NCBI GenBank assembly: GCA_009103225.1
Contig: RHPI01001202.1
Location: 526,487-590,486, forward strand
Length of the DNA stretch: 64,000 nucleotides
Source: Chlorokybus atmophyticus
Taxonomy: Eukaryota; Plantae; Mesostigma and Chlorokybus algae
Reading direction: 5' to 3'
Shown: one piece after another, positions 16,400 through 27,902 of the stretch
Numbering within the stretch: position 1 is the first letter of the stretch
How the letters are laid out: each line of letters starts with the position of its first letter
Made by a program: the position numbers and the translations under genes
The notes under the pieces: generated by a model
Database searches by the model: none
What the model was told of the DNA's origin: nothing
The model's input: the letters and a program-made list of their open reading frames with translations, nothing else

Positions 16400-17195
16400 T
16401 GATCCAAGCACATTCAAGCAGTCATTGAGCAGTCCAAGCTTGGATCAGACCGGTCAGCACCGGCCAAGCTTGAAGCATCAGCAGGGGCAATCGGCATGCG
16501 ACGCATGCATACGGTTCCATGCTTGTGACAGGCTTCTATTGAGAGCACGGGGCCAATTGTCGACGTGGCGGAAATGGATATAGTTGGTACGCTTGTCCTC
16601 TGACAGTTCTGACGGTTATTGCGCGGGGCGGACCGGATGTCAGGTGAGTGGCCACGAGGGTCCAATATCCATGTATCCCCGTGAGGAAGCATTGGTGGGA
16701 TGCGAAGTCTGGATCGAACAACGCATTGATTCAATCAAAAAAACCACTGGCAAGGAGTGGCGACAACGCTTCAGAGTTGTCAGCTGGGCGGGAGGGCGTG
16801 CTGCGATCTGATACCGTTGGTGTCAGCAGGGTTGCACGCTGACCGTCGGAGTGGAGTCCGAGGGTCGGGAAGGGTTCGGAAGAGGAAAAGTGTACGCCAC
16901 GTGGTTGCGTGAGGAGCAGCCTGGGATAGCCTTATTTGCCTGCGTGATTGTGATCAGCAAGGTGCTGACAGAGGACTAAGGAAGCCAGAGGAAAGGTCAA
17001 GTTGATGCTAGGATATACGGTATATCATGTACCAGGTAACTCTGAACATGAGGGTACCATTTATGGCACCCTGTGCTGACAGAGGACTAAGGAAGCCAGA
17101 GGAAAGGTCAAGTTGCTAGGATATACGGTATGTCATGTATCAGGTAACTCTGAACATGAGGGTACCATTTTATGGCACCCAACTTGGTAACCACA
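16400..17195 (-). mobile_element. Possible degenerate Copia LTR-retrotransposon relic (LTR-like region, PBS-like site, protease-like remnant)
   Basis: Minus-strand cggtatcagatc (near 16816-16805) resembles the tRNA-iMet PBS tggtatcagagc; downstream DTWILDPRGHSPD resembles Copia protease WILDSGAS; tandem duplication in the putative LTR. Confidence 0.3.
16962..17180. repeat. Near-perfect tandem duplication with a unit of about 111 bp (16962-17071 / 17073-17180)
   Basis: gtgctgacagaggactaaggaagccagagg...atggcacc occurs twice with few differences. Confidence 0.92.
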
Positions 17196-17229
17196 GGCTC
17201 TTTGGCAAAGAGACTTGTCCTTGAATAGT

Positions 17230-19040
17230 AAGTCCCTTGATTGTACGTGGATTTTCTCGTCAACACTCAGAATTGGCTGCTAGCACGCATGAGTGTGTGA
17301 TTTGTGGTACACAAATAATTGGCAACAAATTCACATATTATTATGCAAACAACGCGCATTTCTTTATTATTTTATTACATGAATGTTATATGAATTATTC
17401 GCTTATGATTACAAGATGTTGGCCGATATAAAGGTACAGATTGCGTCTGTACTTCAGTACTAAGCTAGCTTCACCAATGCTACAATATAACATGAAACAA
17501 ATGCATCAGTGGCTATATTATTTATGCACGTATTGTATAATGGCATGCTATTACAGAGTATTAAGCATGCACTGTCACGAATTGGGATAAATTGTAACAG
17601 ACCTCACTCATGGTAGTGTCTTTTACTACTATAGCCTAGTGGTCGGGCCCCAATTGTTACATGCACGTATTTTATAATGGCATGCTATAATTGAGCCAGT
17701 TACGTTGTCTTCAACAAGTATTACGGTTATCCATTTATATACCTTTTCTAATAATGGTGACGACATTAATAATGTATGTATGCATAAGTTTACGCATTTG
17801 TAAATGCAACGCACAGTTTGCAGCACACCAATACCTTTTGCTTGGTATGAAGCTAACTCCCGCACATCAAATATGGCATACATATGTGTATATGTTAATA
17901 TTGTACGCGAAAAGTTTGTATATATTAATACTATACGCAATGCGACATGTGTCATGCATATTAAATGTGACATTTAAGCATAAGGTGGTTATAAAGTTGG
18001 CATATATAGTTGCTAATATGTATACCAGTAAAAGTGTAATGTGAGCTCTCAAGCATAACATCGTATATACCTTACAAAGTGGCTTGATTATGATAAGCTC
18101 TGGATGCTACAACTTGACTTGGAATGTATGGTCTGCCGATTCGTACAGAATTCAAATCATTTAACACCATTATAATACTCATTACATTGCATACACACAA
18201 TATTATTACCATGCATTGAATGCGTTGTCACTCGTTAACATACACTAATATCGTATATGTTAACATGTATATTATCATATCAATTTGAACATTAACACAC
18301 ACGAGGAGCTTATATAATATACTTGTGGCTTGAAGTGTCAATTGCATCAGCAAGTTAATCGTGCAATATAAGCTAGTATTGATCTTATATATGTTTATAA
18401 AATGTACACACAATTCTTTTAACATCAATTGTTAAAATAGCATTATAAACTCATTCAGTACAAATCGGGCTGTGTGTGTGAAAGCTTCCGTGAGCATCTA
18501 TAGTTTATTGTGGTCATTGCAATGTTCCACATATAGCAATTAAATATTGCGCTTAGCAAACCGCATCATATTATGTTTAACATTGCTAATACACGATACC
18601 AAAAACAAATGGGCCACTTTGGGTACATGTCGTCGGCAACAATACCGTAGACACACATTACAACCCGCGCTCACTTTTGCTAATGTTCTCATAGTAACCT
18701 TTCGCGATGATGGCCTTAAGATTGATGCACTGTATTTATTTACTGTTAACAAGGCCGATAATGTCGTATTACAAGTACAGCTGCGAGTGCCATAAATCAT
18801 GGCAATTGCTGATTATTTTCGGGTGGTAATGTATGTGCCTCTACGGTATTGCAAACTCTTAAAGCTTATCATACCTGTGCTTACACCTGCTATGTGCTTC
18901 GTCCTACTTCATCAATTATGTCGCATACACAATTCAATCCGACAAAGAAGCATACGGTATGTGCTTTCTTGCACTTGTGTGTATGCCACATTTACAAACT
19001 CTGATCTACCGGGTACCAGGGCCCAGTCATCGACGGCTAG
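17230..19040. other. AT-rich island without a recognisable gene
   Basis: Two sampled 60-mers gave about 23% and 37% GC, against visibly GC-rich flanks; short ORFs only, no convincing splice pattern. Confidence 0.6.
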
Positions 19041-19242
19041 TCATGTGACTTATTTTCGCCAAGCACAGTGTCACTGAAGCAGCGCTGTCCCGCCTGCTCT
19101 GAGCGTGTCCCGGTTAACCGCTCTCCCCGCGGCGTCGACAACGTCCAGGGCGATGTCCAGGACGACGATGGGGGCGTGGGTCGCCTCCTCAACTAGAACG
19201 TGAGGGACGGGCTTATCCGACACTGTCTCTCCTACCGCCGCC

Positions 19243-22200
19243 ATGCTGGCCCCTTCCACCAGGAGGCGAATCTCCGCCCTGCGCGTCGCTGCGGGCCTGG
19301 CCGGCCCCGTCGGCCTGGTGGTCGCCGTCCTCTTGCTAGGCAGCTTTAATAACGCTGGCGGAGGCGGAGGTGGTGGAGGCGGAGGCGGCGATGTGAAAGC
19401 ATCTGTTGCTGTTTTGCAGAAGCTTGATCTTGAGATTAAGGTGAGAGCATGCCCAACCTGACGATGACCATAGTGATTGCCATTATCATGGTCATCTCAG
19501 TGGTGATGACAAGGCGATGAGCAGTTCGTTTGGGATGTCTCACCGTGATAGAGAGTGAGAGAGCCTTTGACAACGTGTGGCGAGAGTGCTACTTTTGACA
19601 CATAGATGTTGCATGCTTATCTCTGAACTTCAGAACTTGAAGCGCAGGGAGGAAAGTTTGCTGGGTGCACGTAGTCAAGAATTCAGTCAAGTGAGCACCC
19701 AATAAAGGTCACTCGGAGATACGATGATGTTATTACTACTAAAGTCAGTATGCCACACTGTGATGGTGGTTAACAGACATGCACATGTACGCGCACTCAC
19801 GCATGCACTCACGTATGCACCCACGCACGCACGCACGCACTCACGTGCACTCGTGCTCACATAGGCGACTCCTGTGTTGGTGTCAAAGCGCGCAGCCCGC
19901 CAGCTGGTGGAGATAAGCTTGCCATCAGCAGCAGCACAAGACAAGATCCCGACACAAACAAATTTTCCTGCCAATTTGGCGCACGCTGAAGATCTTAACG
20001 GTGGTGGTACAGATGACCAGGGCGACAACATTGCTGCCGAAGAGACTCACACAAAGCTGAATCTTGGTGATGGCGCCAATGTTGCTGTTGTTGTTGAGAG
20101 CAAAACACTCCCTTCCCCGGTTGCCACCCACACCATTGACAATGCTAATGTCATTCATGAGGAGAAAGATGGAGGCATCGATGTTGATGCGACACAAGTG
20201 TTGGACACTGTTGTAGATAGAGTAGTCATGGCTGATGAAAGTAAGGAAGCAGCTCAAGACAACATCAAACACAACTCTGCGGCAAGCACGTTGGCAGAGG
20301 ACGTGTTGCCTGCAGCGCAGAAGCGGGTGTGGAGGATCGCGGACACGCGCGAGTGCGGGAGAGATAACAACAACACCGACCTCTCTGGCGACTGCAGATG
20401 TGCCGCACTGTACTCTGGTGAGGACTCTTCCCCTTCTTGATGTGTGAATAAGACAACTCTACTCATGCATGCGCAGTACATGCGTGAGTCCAGTTGTGCG
20501 CTCACATTCCCGGTTGTGACTAAGATAAGTTGTTTCAGTCACAAACCCAACAACATAGTGACGGTATGTCTGCACACACATGCACGCGCGTGCGTGCACA
20601 TTAACTTGATTGCTACCACCAGGTCCTGACTGCACCTCCCTCGCTCCAACATGCTCCTCTTCCACGTCATCGCCGTCGCAGTGTCCCGGCGCCTACACGT
20701 CCGCAATGGGGGACTTTGTGCTCAACCGCGCGGGCGTGCGTCGCACGCGTGCGCGCACGGGAAGCTGGAACCTCAAGTGAGTTGTCATTATTGCTGTGTC
20801 AAAACACTAACATGTTCTCACCTGGGGTTGTGTTGCTATGTGACTGTGCAGAGTCTACCTGCCAGGCAAGGCTGTAGTTGAGCGCAGCATCATGCCTTTA
20901 GGGTCCAAAGCGCTAAGTCCCAGCGCACTTGTGGCAGCACTGCCCAAGGTATAAAAATACTGAGCGATGCAATCCATACATCCTAACCCTAACCCAACAT
21001 GGCTCGTGTGCGTGTGCGTGTACGTGTTCATGTTTACACCCCATAGGTGGACCCCCTGCGGGTGCTTTCGAAGCAGGGGCCACTAGCTAGTTGTGCGGTG
21101 GTGGGTTCGAGTGGATCGCTGCTCATGCGACGGGCGGGAGCTGAGATTGATGCCCACGATGCTGTAATAAGGTAAGAGTTGTGTATATGTATCGCGTGCA
21201 TGCATGCCTGTATCCGTGCATCGTGTGCGCGTGTACGTGTGCGTGTGTGCGCATGCATGTGTATTGTGCGTTGGTGGGTGCTCGTACACCCGCGCACATG
21301 TATGCGTGTCTTTATTGTAATGCAGACGTAAACACAGGTTCAATGGTGCGGGAGTAGAGGAAAAGTGGATGGATGAACATGTTGGCAGTAAGGTACACAT
21401 GCAACCTAGTAAGCAGGCCTGTCAGTCATCACTGACAGGCCTCGCTGTAACCATTAATGCGGGCCAGCTTGCTATGTGTACCCACTTTTTGCTCCCCAAC
21501 TACGATTGCATACGCAGACGACGGTGAGGATAGTGAACAGTAAGTGGTTGGACTATCGGTCCAGCAAGGAGGAAATTGTTGTGTCGCATGCACGCTCGCC
21601 AAAGGCCCTCACGATATATGCCACGCGCCCGAGGGCCCGAAGGAGAGAGAAGATGTTCATATTCTCTCCCGAATTCACGTCCTATTTGGCCGCGCAAGGC
21701 CATACCCTCAGCCAGCATGCCCACTTTGACAGTGAGTCTCTCGCCCACTCAGTGACTCACACGCACGCAGACATGAGCGCCTGTGTGTGCGCGTGTTCAT
21801 GTATGTTTGTAAGCATATTCAGGTGCGCGAGCGCACACACACACACACACACACACGCGCGCGCACACGCACGCACGCGAGTGTGTGCACTTGCACAGAC
21901 ATTTTCTCACACTCGCACTTGCAGGCACACGCGATCGCAAAGGCATGCACATGCACTTGCGCACGCCTTGTCATTACTGTAGGATAATGTGCGCAAGCTG
22001 CAAGCTCAAGGCATTGGCGGTGTGATGTTGCCTCATGTTTTGTCCGCGTATGCTCAGGCCTCAACACCAGTCAGTACACGCCAACAAGCGGGTGGACTGG
22101 CATGATGCTCGCAATGCAGGTACACACCACCTTCTAACAAGTGATGACTGAGGCACCAACTGTTGTATACCTGAGCGAGCCAACACTAGCCACGTGTGTC

Positions 22201-22944
22201 AAGTGCGCTTTTCAAAGACGTGTGCATGTTGTTGAATGGGCTCAGGGGGAGGAGTTATGGCATGTCTCAGTTCCAACAACATGCGTGTACGTTGTTGGTT
22301 TGTCGTTTCAGCTGTGCAGTTCTGTGCATCTATACGGTTTCCACGCATCAGCGGGCAGTGCGCCTTACCACTACCACAACCGCTGCGTGCGTCCGTACGG
22401 CCACCGCGACAGCGCCGAGTGGCTCCTCGTGAAGGGTTTCGTTGATGCTGGGCTGGCGGCCTTCGCGGAGCCATGCAATGACGAGTGCCACGAAGAGGGA
22501 GCGGCATGCGACGCATGCAGAGAGAACACCGTCGACCCTCTACGGTAAACACTGGGTGATGCTCCACAGGTTGTACTCGGTGTGCTTGTGGACATGTGTG
22601 AGAGTGCATGCATATGTGGGTGTGCTTGCATGTGCGTGCGGCTGCGTGTGGGCATGCATGCATGCATATGCGTGCGTGCGTGCGTGCGCGTGCGTGCTTG
22701 CGTATGTGCGTAAGCGCATTGCAGGTGTGCCCACCCACGTGTCTGACATTGGTCTTTGAGTGGTGTGCCAACTTGTTGTTGTGACAGTGTTGATGAGGGG
22801 GAGTTGGAGGGTGTGAAGGCGCGTTGGCGCCGGCTATCACGGCCGGATTATTGCCAGCTGTTGCTCGACGAGAGGAGAGCCGCGAACGTTGCTGCGGGGC
22901 GCGAGGCTAATGACGACGTCGACGCAGTGTGGGACGGCGCGTGA
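19243..22944 (+). CDS. GT29 sialyltransferase-like type II membrane glycosyltransferase, about 615 aa; exons 19243-19440, 19865-20417, 20623-20776, 20852-20948, 21047-21171, 21338-21392, 21518-21731, 22058-22119, 22312-22544, 22788-22944
   Basis: N-terminal TM segment and long stem; sialylmotif L CAVVGSSGSLL..GAEIDAHDAVIRFN..VGSKTT, motif S PTSGWTGMMLAMQLCSSVHLYGF, motif III PYHYH, VS HRDSAE; all 10 exons phase-compatible. Confidence 0.9.
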
Positions 22945-23305
22945 AGGGTTTGTGGCTGATAGTACAACATGTGGGTCTGCAGCACAGAAACGGTGCATAT
23001 CGTTGGCGAAATGCAGGTGCTGTTACATTAGAGATACTGTATAAAGGCTGCTGCCTGGTGGCAGGAGACTATTGCTATATGAGTAATCTGACAAACATGT
23101 ACATGCTTCACTTGCGTCAAGTACAAGCAACATGGTGACTGCACCATCGCATGAACTTAGAGAATTGGAATTTACAGCAGAGTTGTGACCAGTGTTCAGT
23201 CAGACTCCAACGTTAATGGACACACGCTTGTCAGGAAAGATTGAGTATAATGTCTAGGCAGTGTTGTTCTGCAACTGTATGCTCGAAGCTGCCGCGACAC
23301 GCATG

Positions 23306-23308
<3 letters not shown>

Positions 23309-23346
<38 letters not shown>
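23309..23346. repeat. (GA)n microsatellite upstream of seipin
   Basis: Direct observation. Confidence 0.95.
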
Positions 23347-23348
<2 letters not shown>

Positions 23349-23400
23349 AGGATAGGTCTGACCCTAGACCAGTGACCCAATCGGGCCGGGATCGGGATTT

Positions 23401-23408
23401 TAGGGTTT
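23401..23408 (-). promoter_or_regulatory. Telo-box (TAGGGTTT) just upstream of the seipin ATG
   Basis: Exact 8-mer about 60 bp before the ATG; function not shown. Confidence 0.35.
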
Positions 23409-23465
23409 CCTTTACAGTCATCATCAGCAACAATTTGGCGCCAGATCAAGCTGGGAGAATCTCTC

Positions 23466-26398
23466 ATGGCGTCGTCCTCCGCGGCGGCAGCGGCGGCGAG
23501 AGTGAGGGGCGGAGCCTCGTCTTCGTCTCAGAGTGTGTTCAGGAATCCACTGTACGCGCAGCCGGTGTCGCCGATAGGACCCTCGCCCCGCCCAGCCCCG
23601 TCCGTGTTTGCTGCTGTACCGGTGAGAGGCACGAGTGTGTGGAGGCTGATTTGTGGTGTGGTGTGCTTCAACGATTGCTTGCAGGTTATAATATTACTGG
23701 AGAATTAACGTGTTTGTTCATTGGATTGTGTCTGTGTTCACAAGACAAGTACAAGTGTCACAAGGTTGTACACGCCAACTAGTGGTGCTGGCTCTTTGCA
23801 TGTTACCAGTGCCTTCAGAGGCAGAGGCCGCAAGCAGCTTCAAGTGTGAGAAGGGGTAGATTAGACCAACAAATTGGCAACTTATCCAAAGCAACTGTTA
23901 CTGCACACAACTATAGTGTCAGCGATAGTGGGTTTGTTGGTGTTTTGTGTCAACATATCCATATTGAGCAGAGTCTGTAGTCGGGTTGCTTTCCAATGCA
24001 TGGTGTTGGTTGAAGCGTTACTCATAAAATACTAGCATACTTCTTTTTGCTCAGCATGCAAAGCATGCTTGCTTGCTTGCATTCAACACACAAATCAGAG
24101 GTGCAGTTGAACTCGATTGTGATACTTCTGTTTGCAGTGGAAAGGCGGCTATGCGCGAGGCAACCCGCTGTTTGAAGCAGTGAACCCGCTGTTGCCGGTA
24201 GCATGGATACGGGACAATGTTGCCCGCGTGATGAGCGTGGCCTTCGGGTCTTTGCGCAACAGCCTGATAGCTGCCGTTGTGGCTACCGTTGTGCTCACCA
24301 CCTTGCTCCTAACTTCTAGTACGCGCAATCATGCTAGTTACATATGTGTGTTTGTGTGCGTGTGCATGCGTGCGCGTGCATGAACAATGCATACGGATTT
24401 AAGAACACATGCGTACATTTAAACATGTCTGTTCCTACGCAGACATATTTGCTTAGTCACACGTGTTCACGTACATGTCATCAATGCATGGGTGTATGTA
24501 CATGTGCGTGTTCATATGTGCGGGTGCACGTACGTGTGCACACATATGCATGTGCGCATACTTGAATGCTATGTATGTACTGCGCGCTTATGACATCGTG
24601 TGCAGTTCCTACCTACTGGGTGTTTGAAAGGCTTGTGGTCCCACGTGAAGTGCGGTTTGAGAAGCCGCTCATCTTTGACTACCGCGAGGCCGCCCCTTCT
24701 GCAGTAGCCACCTTTCTCCCGCCTAAGTACCTCGAGAATAATCAGGTAACCAAGCATGCATGCTGTGTTGTGTGCAAGCTAGTTACTAATCTGCATGACA
24801 ACATCACTTCTTGAGGATGCGTGTATGCGTGCGTGTGTGCGTGCGCGAGTGTGGGGGTGCGTGTACAATGTTCAGTAACATTGCTTTTGTGTTTGGCCAG
24901 ATCAAGCCTGGCACGCCGCCCACAGTGCGCTTCTTGCCTGCCGGGCAGCTTTTGGATGTGAGTGTGGCGCTGAACGTGCCTGAAACTCCCGAGAACAGGC
25001 AGCTTGGATTATTCCAGGTGAGCTGAGTGTCTATCTTGTTGCCCGTAGTAATGTACTGACTGACATGCGCACGCCTGTTGTTGCGCAGGTGACGGCTCAA
25101 TTGCTGACTGCAGATGGACAAGTGTTAGTTTCTGGAAGCCGGCCATGCTTGCTGCGATTCCGCTCCGGCCCCATCCACTATCTTCGGACTATGCTGTTCG
25201 CGTTGCCTATGGCTTTCGGGTACTTTGAAGAGCAGGAGGTGTGCGTTTTAAGTGTATACATGCAGTTTGATGTACAAGCCTCTACTCCAGACAGAAGCTA
25301 ACACTGCGTGATGTAAGCAGCACTTTGAATTGAAGCTGCTGTCTCGCTATAAAGAGAAGGCAGACAAGCCGTTTGTCAAGCTGCAAGTGAAACTGGAGCA
25401 TCGAGCCGGGAGCTGCCTGTCCCCGCCGATCGTGTCATCTGCTTCTACGGCTGTTGAACGCAGGCTCACTGGCCTGAGCTACCTGATGTACTACTGGAGG
25501 TAAGCCAGGTGTCTTCTTCCCACACTGCATGTTGAGCAACACGTCAGTGACTGACACTTGTGCACTACGTGCGTGCAGGTTCACGTGCATGGTGTGGGGC
25601 GTGCTGTCGATCTTCAGTTGCCAGGTGCTGATGTTGCTTTGCATCTGCCCGCGGCTGCTGTTGCCGCTGCCCGCACCCGAGGAAGCAGAAGTCGTTGAGT
25701 TGGAAGCCGTGCCCGTCGCGCCCACACGACTCCCAACAGTCGTGTTGGCAGAAGCCGCAGCTCCCGCGCCCGCATCAGAACTCGCACCCGCGCTAGTAAC
25801 AGAAGTGGTAGAGGAAGAGATAGCAGAGCTGCCAGCTGTCGCACCCGCGTCTGCTCCTCCTACAAAGGGTCCAATAAGAAGGATACGTCCCGTGGCTGCT
25901 CCAAGCGCTGATGAAGCTGTTGCGACAGCAGAGCGGCCAAACAGCAGCCCCGCCGGCTTGCCAGCTGGCAGGCAAGGTGATGTCCAACAACAACCCGATA
26001 CCGTCCCTGCACAGGTGCTGAGGGTTCGCCACCGCTCGCAACACCAACACGAGGGGACATTAGCGGGTCCACGCAGCGGCGGGGACAGCGAGCCGGACTT
26101 GTACAGCGCTCAAGAGGAGTTCAGCGATCCCGAGCAACCGTTCAATGTTGGTAGTGTGGACCCGCAGGGCAGCAGCATCAACAGGCCCGCGGCACTCGAC
26201 GACACGTGGACTCTGGTACACATGCCGCGGGGGAACCAAGCGCGCAGACGCAGCATCGCCGGCAGCGTACCGGATGGCACACTCAGGCGCAGCACGAGTG
26301 CGGGCTCAGATGGCGGTGGGGACGCTGCGGACAGGAGGGGTACCCTGGACAAGTCCCAGTCGCAGTCATCTCGAAAACACAATGGCAAATGGCGGTAG
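23466..26398 (+). CDS. SEIPIN: Seipin (lipid-droplet biogenesis protein); exons 23466-23621, 24138-24318, 24606-24745, 24901-25017, 25089-25238, 25321-25499, 25579-26398
   Basis: Two TM segments flanking a lumenal domain with PLIFDY, VALNVPETPENRQLGLFQV, SRPCLLRFRS, LSYLMYYWRFTC; long acidic/low-complexity C-tail; phases compatible; 3' end less certain. Confidence 0.88.
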
Positions 26399-26861
26399 GC
26401 AGTGATGTTGTGCGTTCACGAGTGTTGGCAGTCTACCCTGCCAATGATGTGAGTGCGCCACAGGGCTTAGGGAGGGAGTTAAGGGCTTGTATGTATGTAT
26501 CTGTGTAGAAAGTGGTTGTGAGGTGTACAGTTTGGGGAGTGCTGAGCTTATTGCAGAGGCAATCAGCTTAGACTTGTGAATTGTTGTGAATATGACGGAG
26601 TGCAGTAACTTCTTTGCTTCACGTTCACAAGTGCTGTTGATTTTACTGGCATGAAGGGTCTGCTTGCTTTGATGGAGGACTCCATGTCACTGGTTGGGAG
26701 CAATGCTGGCCTTGACAACGAGCAGCATGGCCCATGCTGCGTGGGGTACAGTGAACGCAATATAATGACACATGACACCGGTCTTTATGTGGGTCGTTTC
26801 TCTTCTTAGACAAGCAATATGTAAGCTTTGCAACACTTACCGCAAAATAAGACACAATAAT

Positions 26862-27741
26862 TCACACAAAAAGATACGGATAGAACACTCTCAGATACTC
26901 TGCCGATGGTGGCTTGACGGGGACGAATCGTGCTGCTTGTATAGGCCTCGCACACTTTGTACACCAAGTAAAATCGAGCCATGATAAATGCGCTTGGACA
27001 TCTTGGACTACTGGTGGATACGACTTGCCGGGTGCCCACCACTCTTGAAGACACCACCTTGGTGAGGAGAAGAGTGTGGCAGGCGTATGCGGCTTTCGCG
27101 GCTTGTAGTCTGCAAACAAGTTGGTGCAGGCAACATTAGGTTCATGTTTGCTGATAGTGTTATGACTATGCGAGTTGCAGTACCTGTGGGAGATCTGACT
27201 ATGATGTCAAGGGGATCGTGCCAGTTGCTGGCAGGGAAAGGCAAGTCATGTATATATGCATCGTATAAAAAGCGCCAATGCCGCATGACAACCGTAAGCT
27301 TGGGTATCATATGAGGCAAGTGGTCGGGCATGTGGTGATATACGTCTGCGAACATGCAAGGGGTTTTGCATGAATGTGTTGTTCGACCGAAAACATCTAC
27401 TCAGGTTGTCAACAATCAGCAACAAGACAACAGCAACAACCTACCAGGATGGTTTTGACGGATTGCCGTGACGATGCGAGCATAGCGTTGGTAGTTGATA
27501 TTTCCGATGCTTCTTTGAAACTTCAAGTTCTTCACATCACGTATGATGTTCGACGGCCAATGCTTGAGAGAAAAGTTCATACGCAGGCAGCGGACGCCTG
27601 TCAGGGGTTCTTCATCCGTTTCATAGTACAGCCTATAGTAGATTTCCAGCTCTTCCAGCTCGTCCTGCTCTGCACACAAAGAAGATGTTGCACAGTTACA
27701 TAGTGAGAAGGATGACACATACCGACGCACACGCGCGCGCG

Positions 27742-27774
<33 letters not shown>

Positions 27775-27902
27775 CTTGACGAACTCAAATTCACTCCCTG
27801 GGCTAGTTGTGTCCATTGTCACTTACCGTCGTTTGCTTCATCGCTGCTGGCAGCTTGCCAGCTGCAGGACGCAGCGTCGTCATGTTCACCAAAGCTGTCC
27901 AT
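26862..27902 (-). CDS. Orphan family A copy 1, intact, about 236 aa; exons 27902-27827, 27669-27445, 27345-27184, 27109-26862
   Basis: Four GT-AG exons with compatible phases (76+225+162+248 nt); reading frame conserved in diverged paralog copy 2; no family recognised. Confidence 0.8.
27744..27772. repeat. (GA)n microsatellite in intron 1 of family A copy 1
   Basis: Direct observation. Confidence 0.95.

Noticed and set aside
17434-17468. Hairpin gtacaga-ttgcg-tctgtac followed by CTAG (Helitron 3' end-like)
   Set aside because: Weak stem, next base is not T, and no matching 5' end or second copy.
21476-22840. Long His/Thr/Cys/Val-rich ORFs on both strands
   Set aside because: Artefacts of (CA/GT)- and GCAT-rich introns in the GT29 gene.
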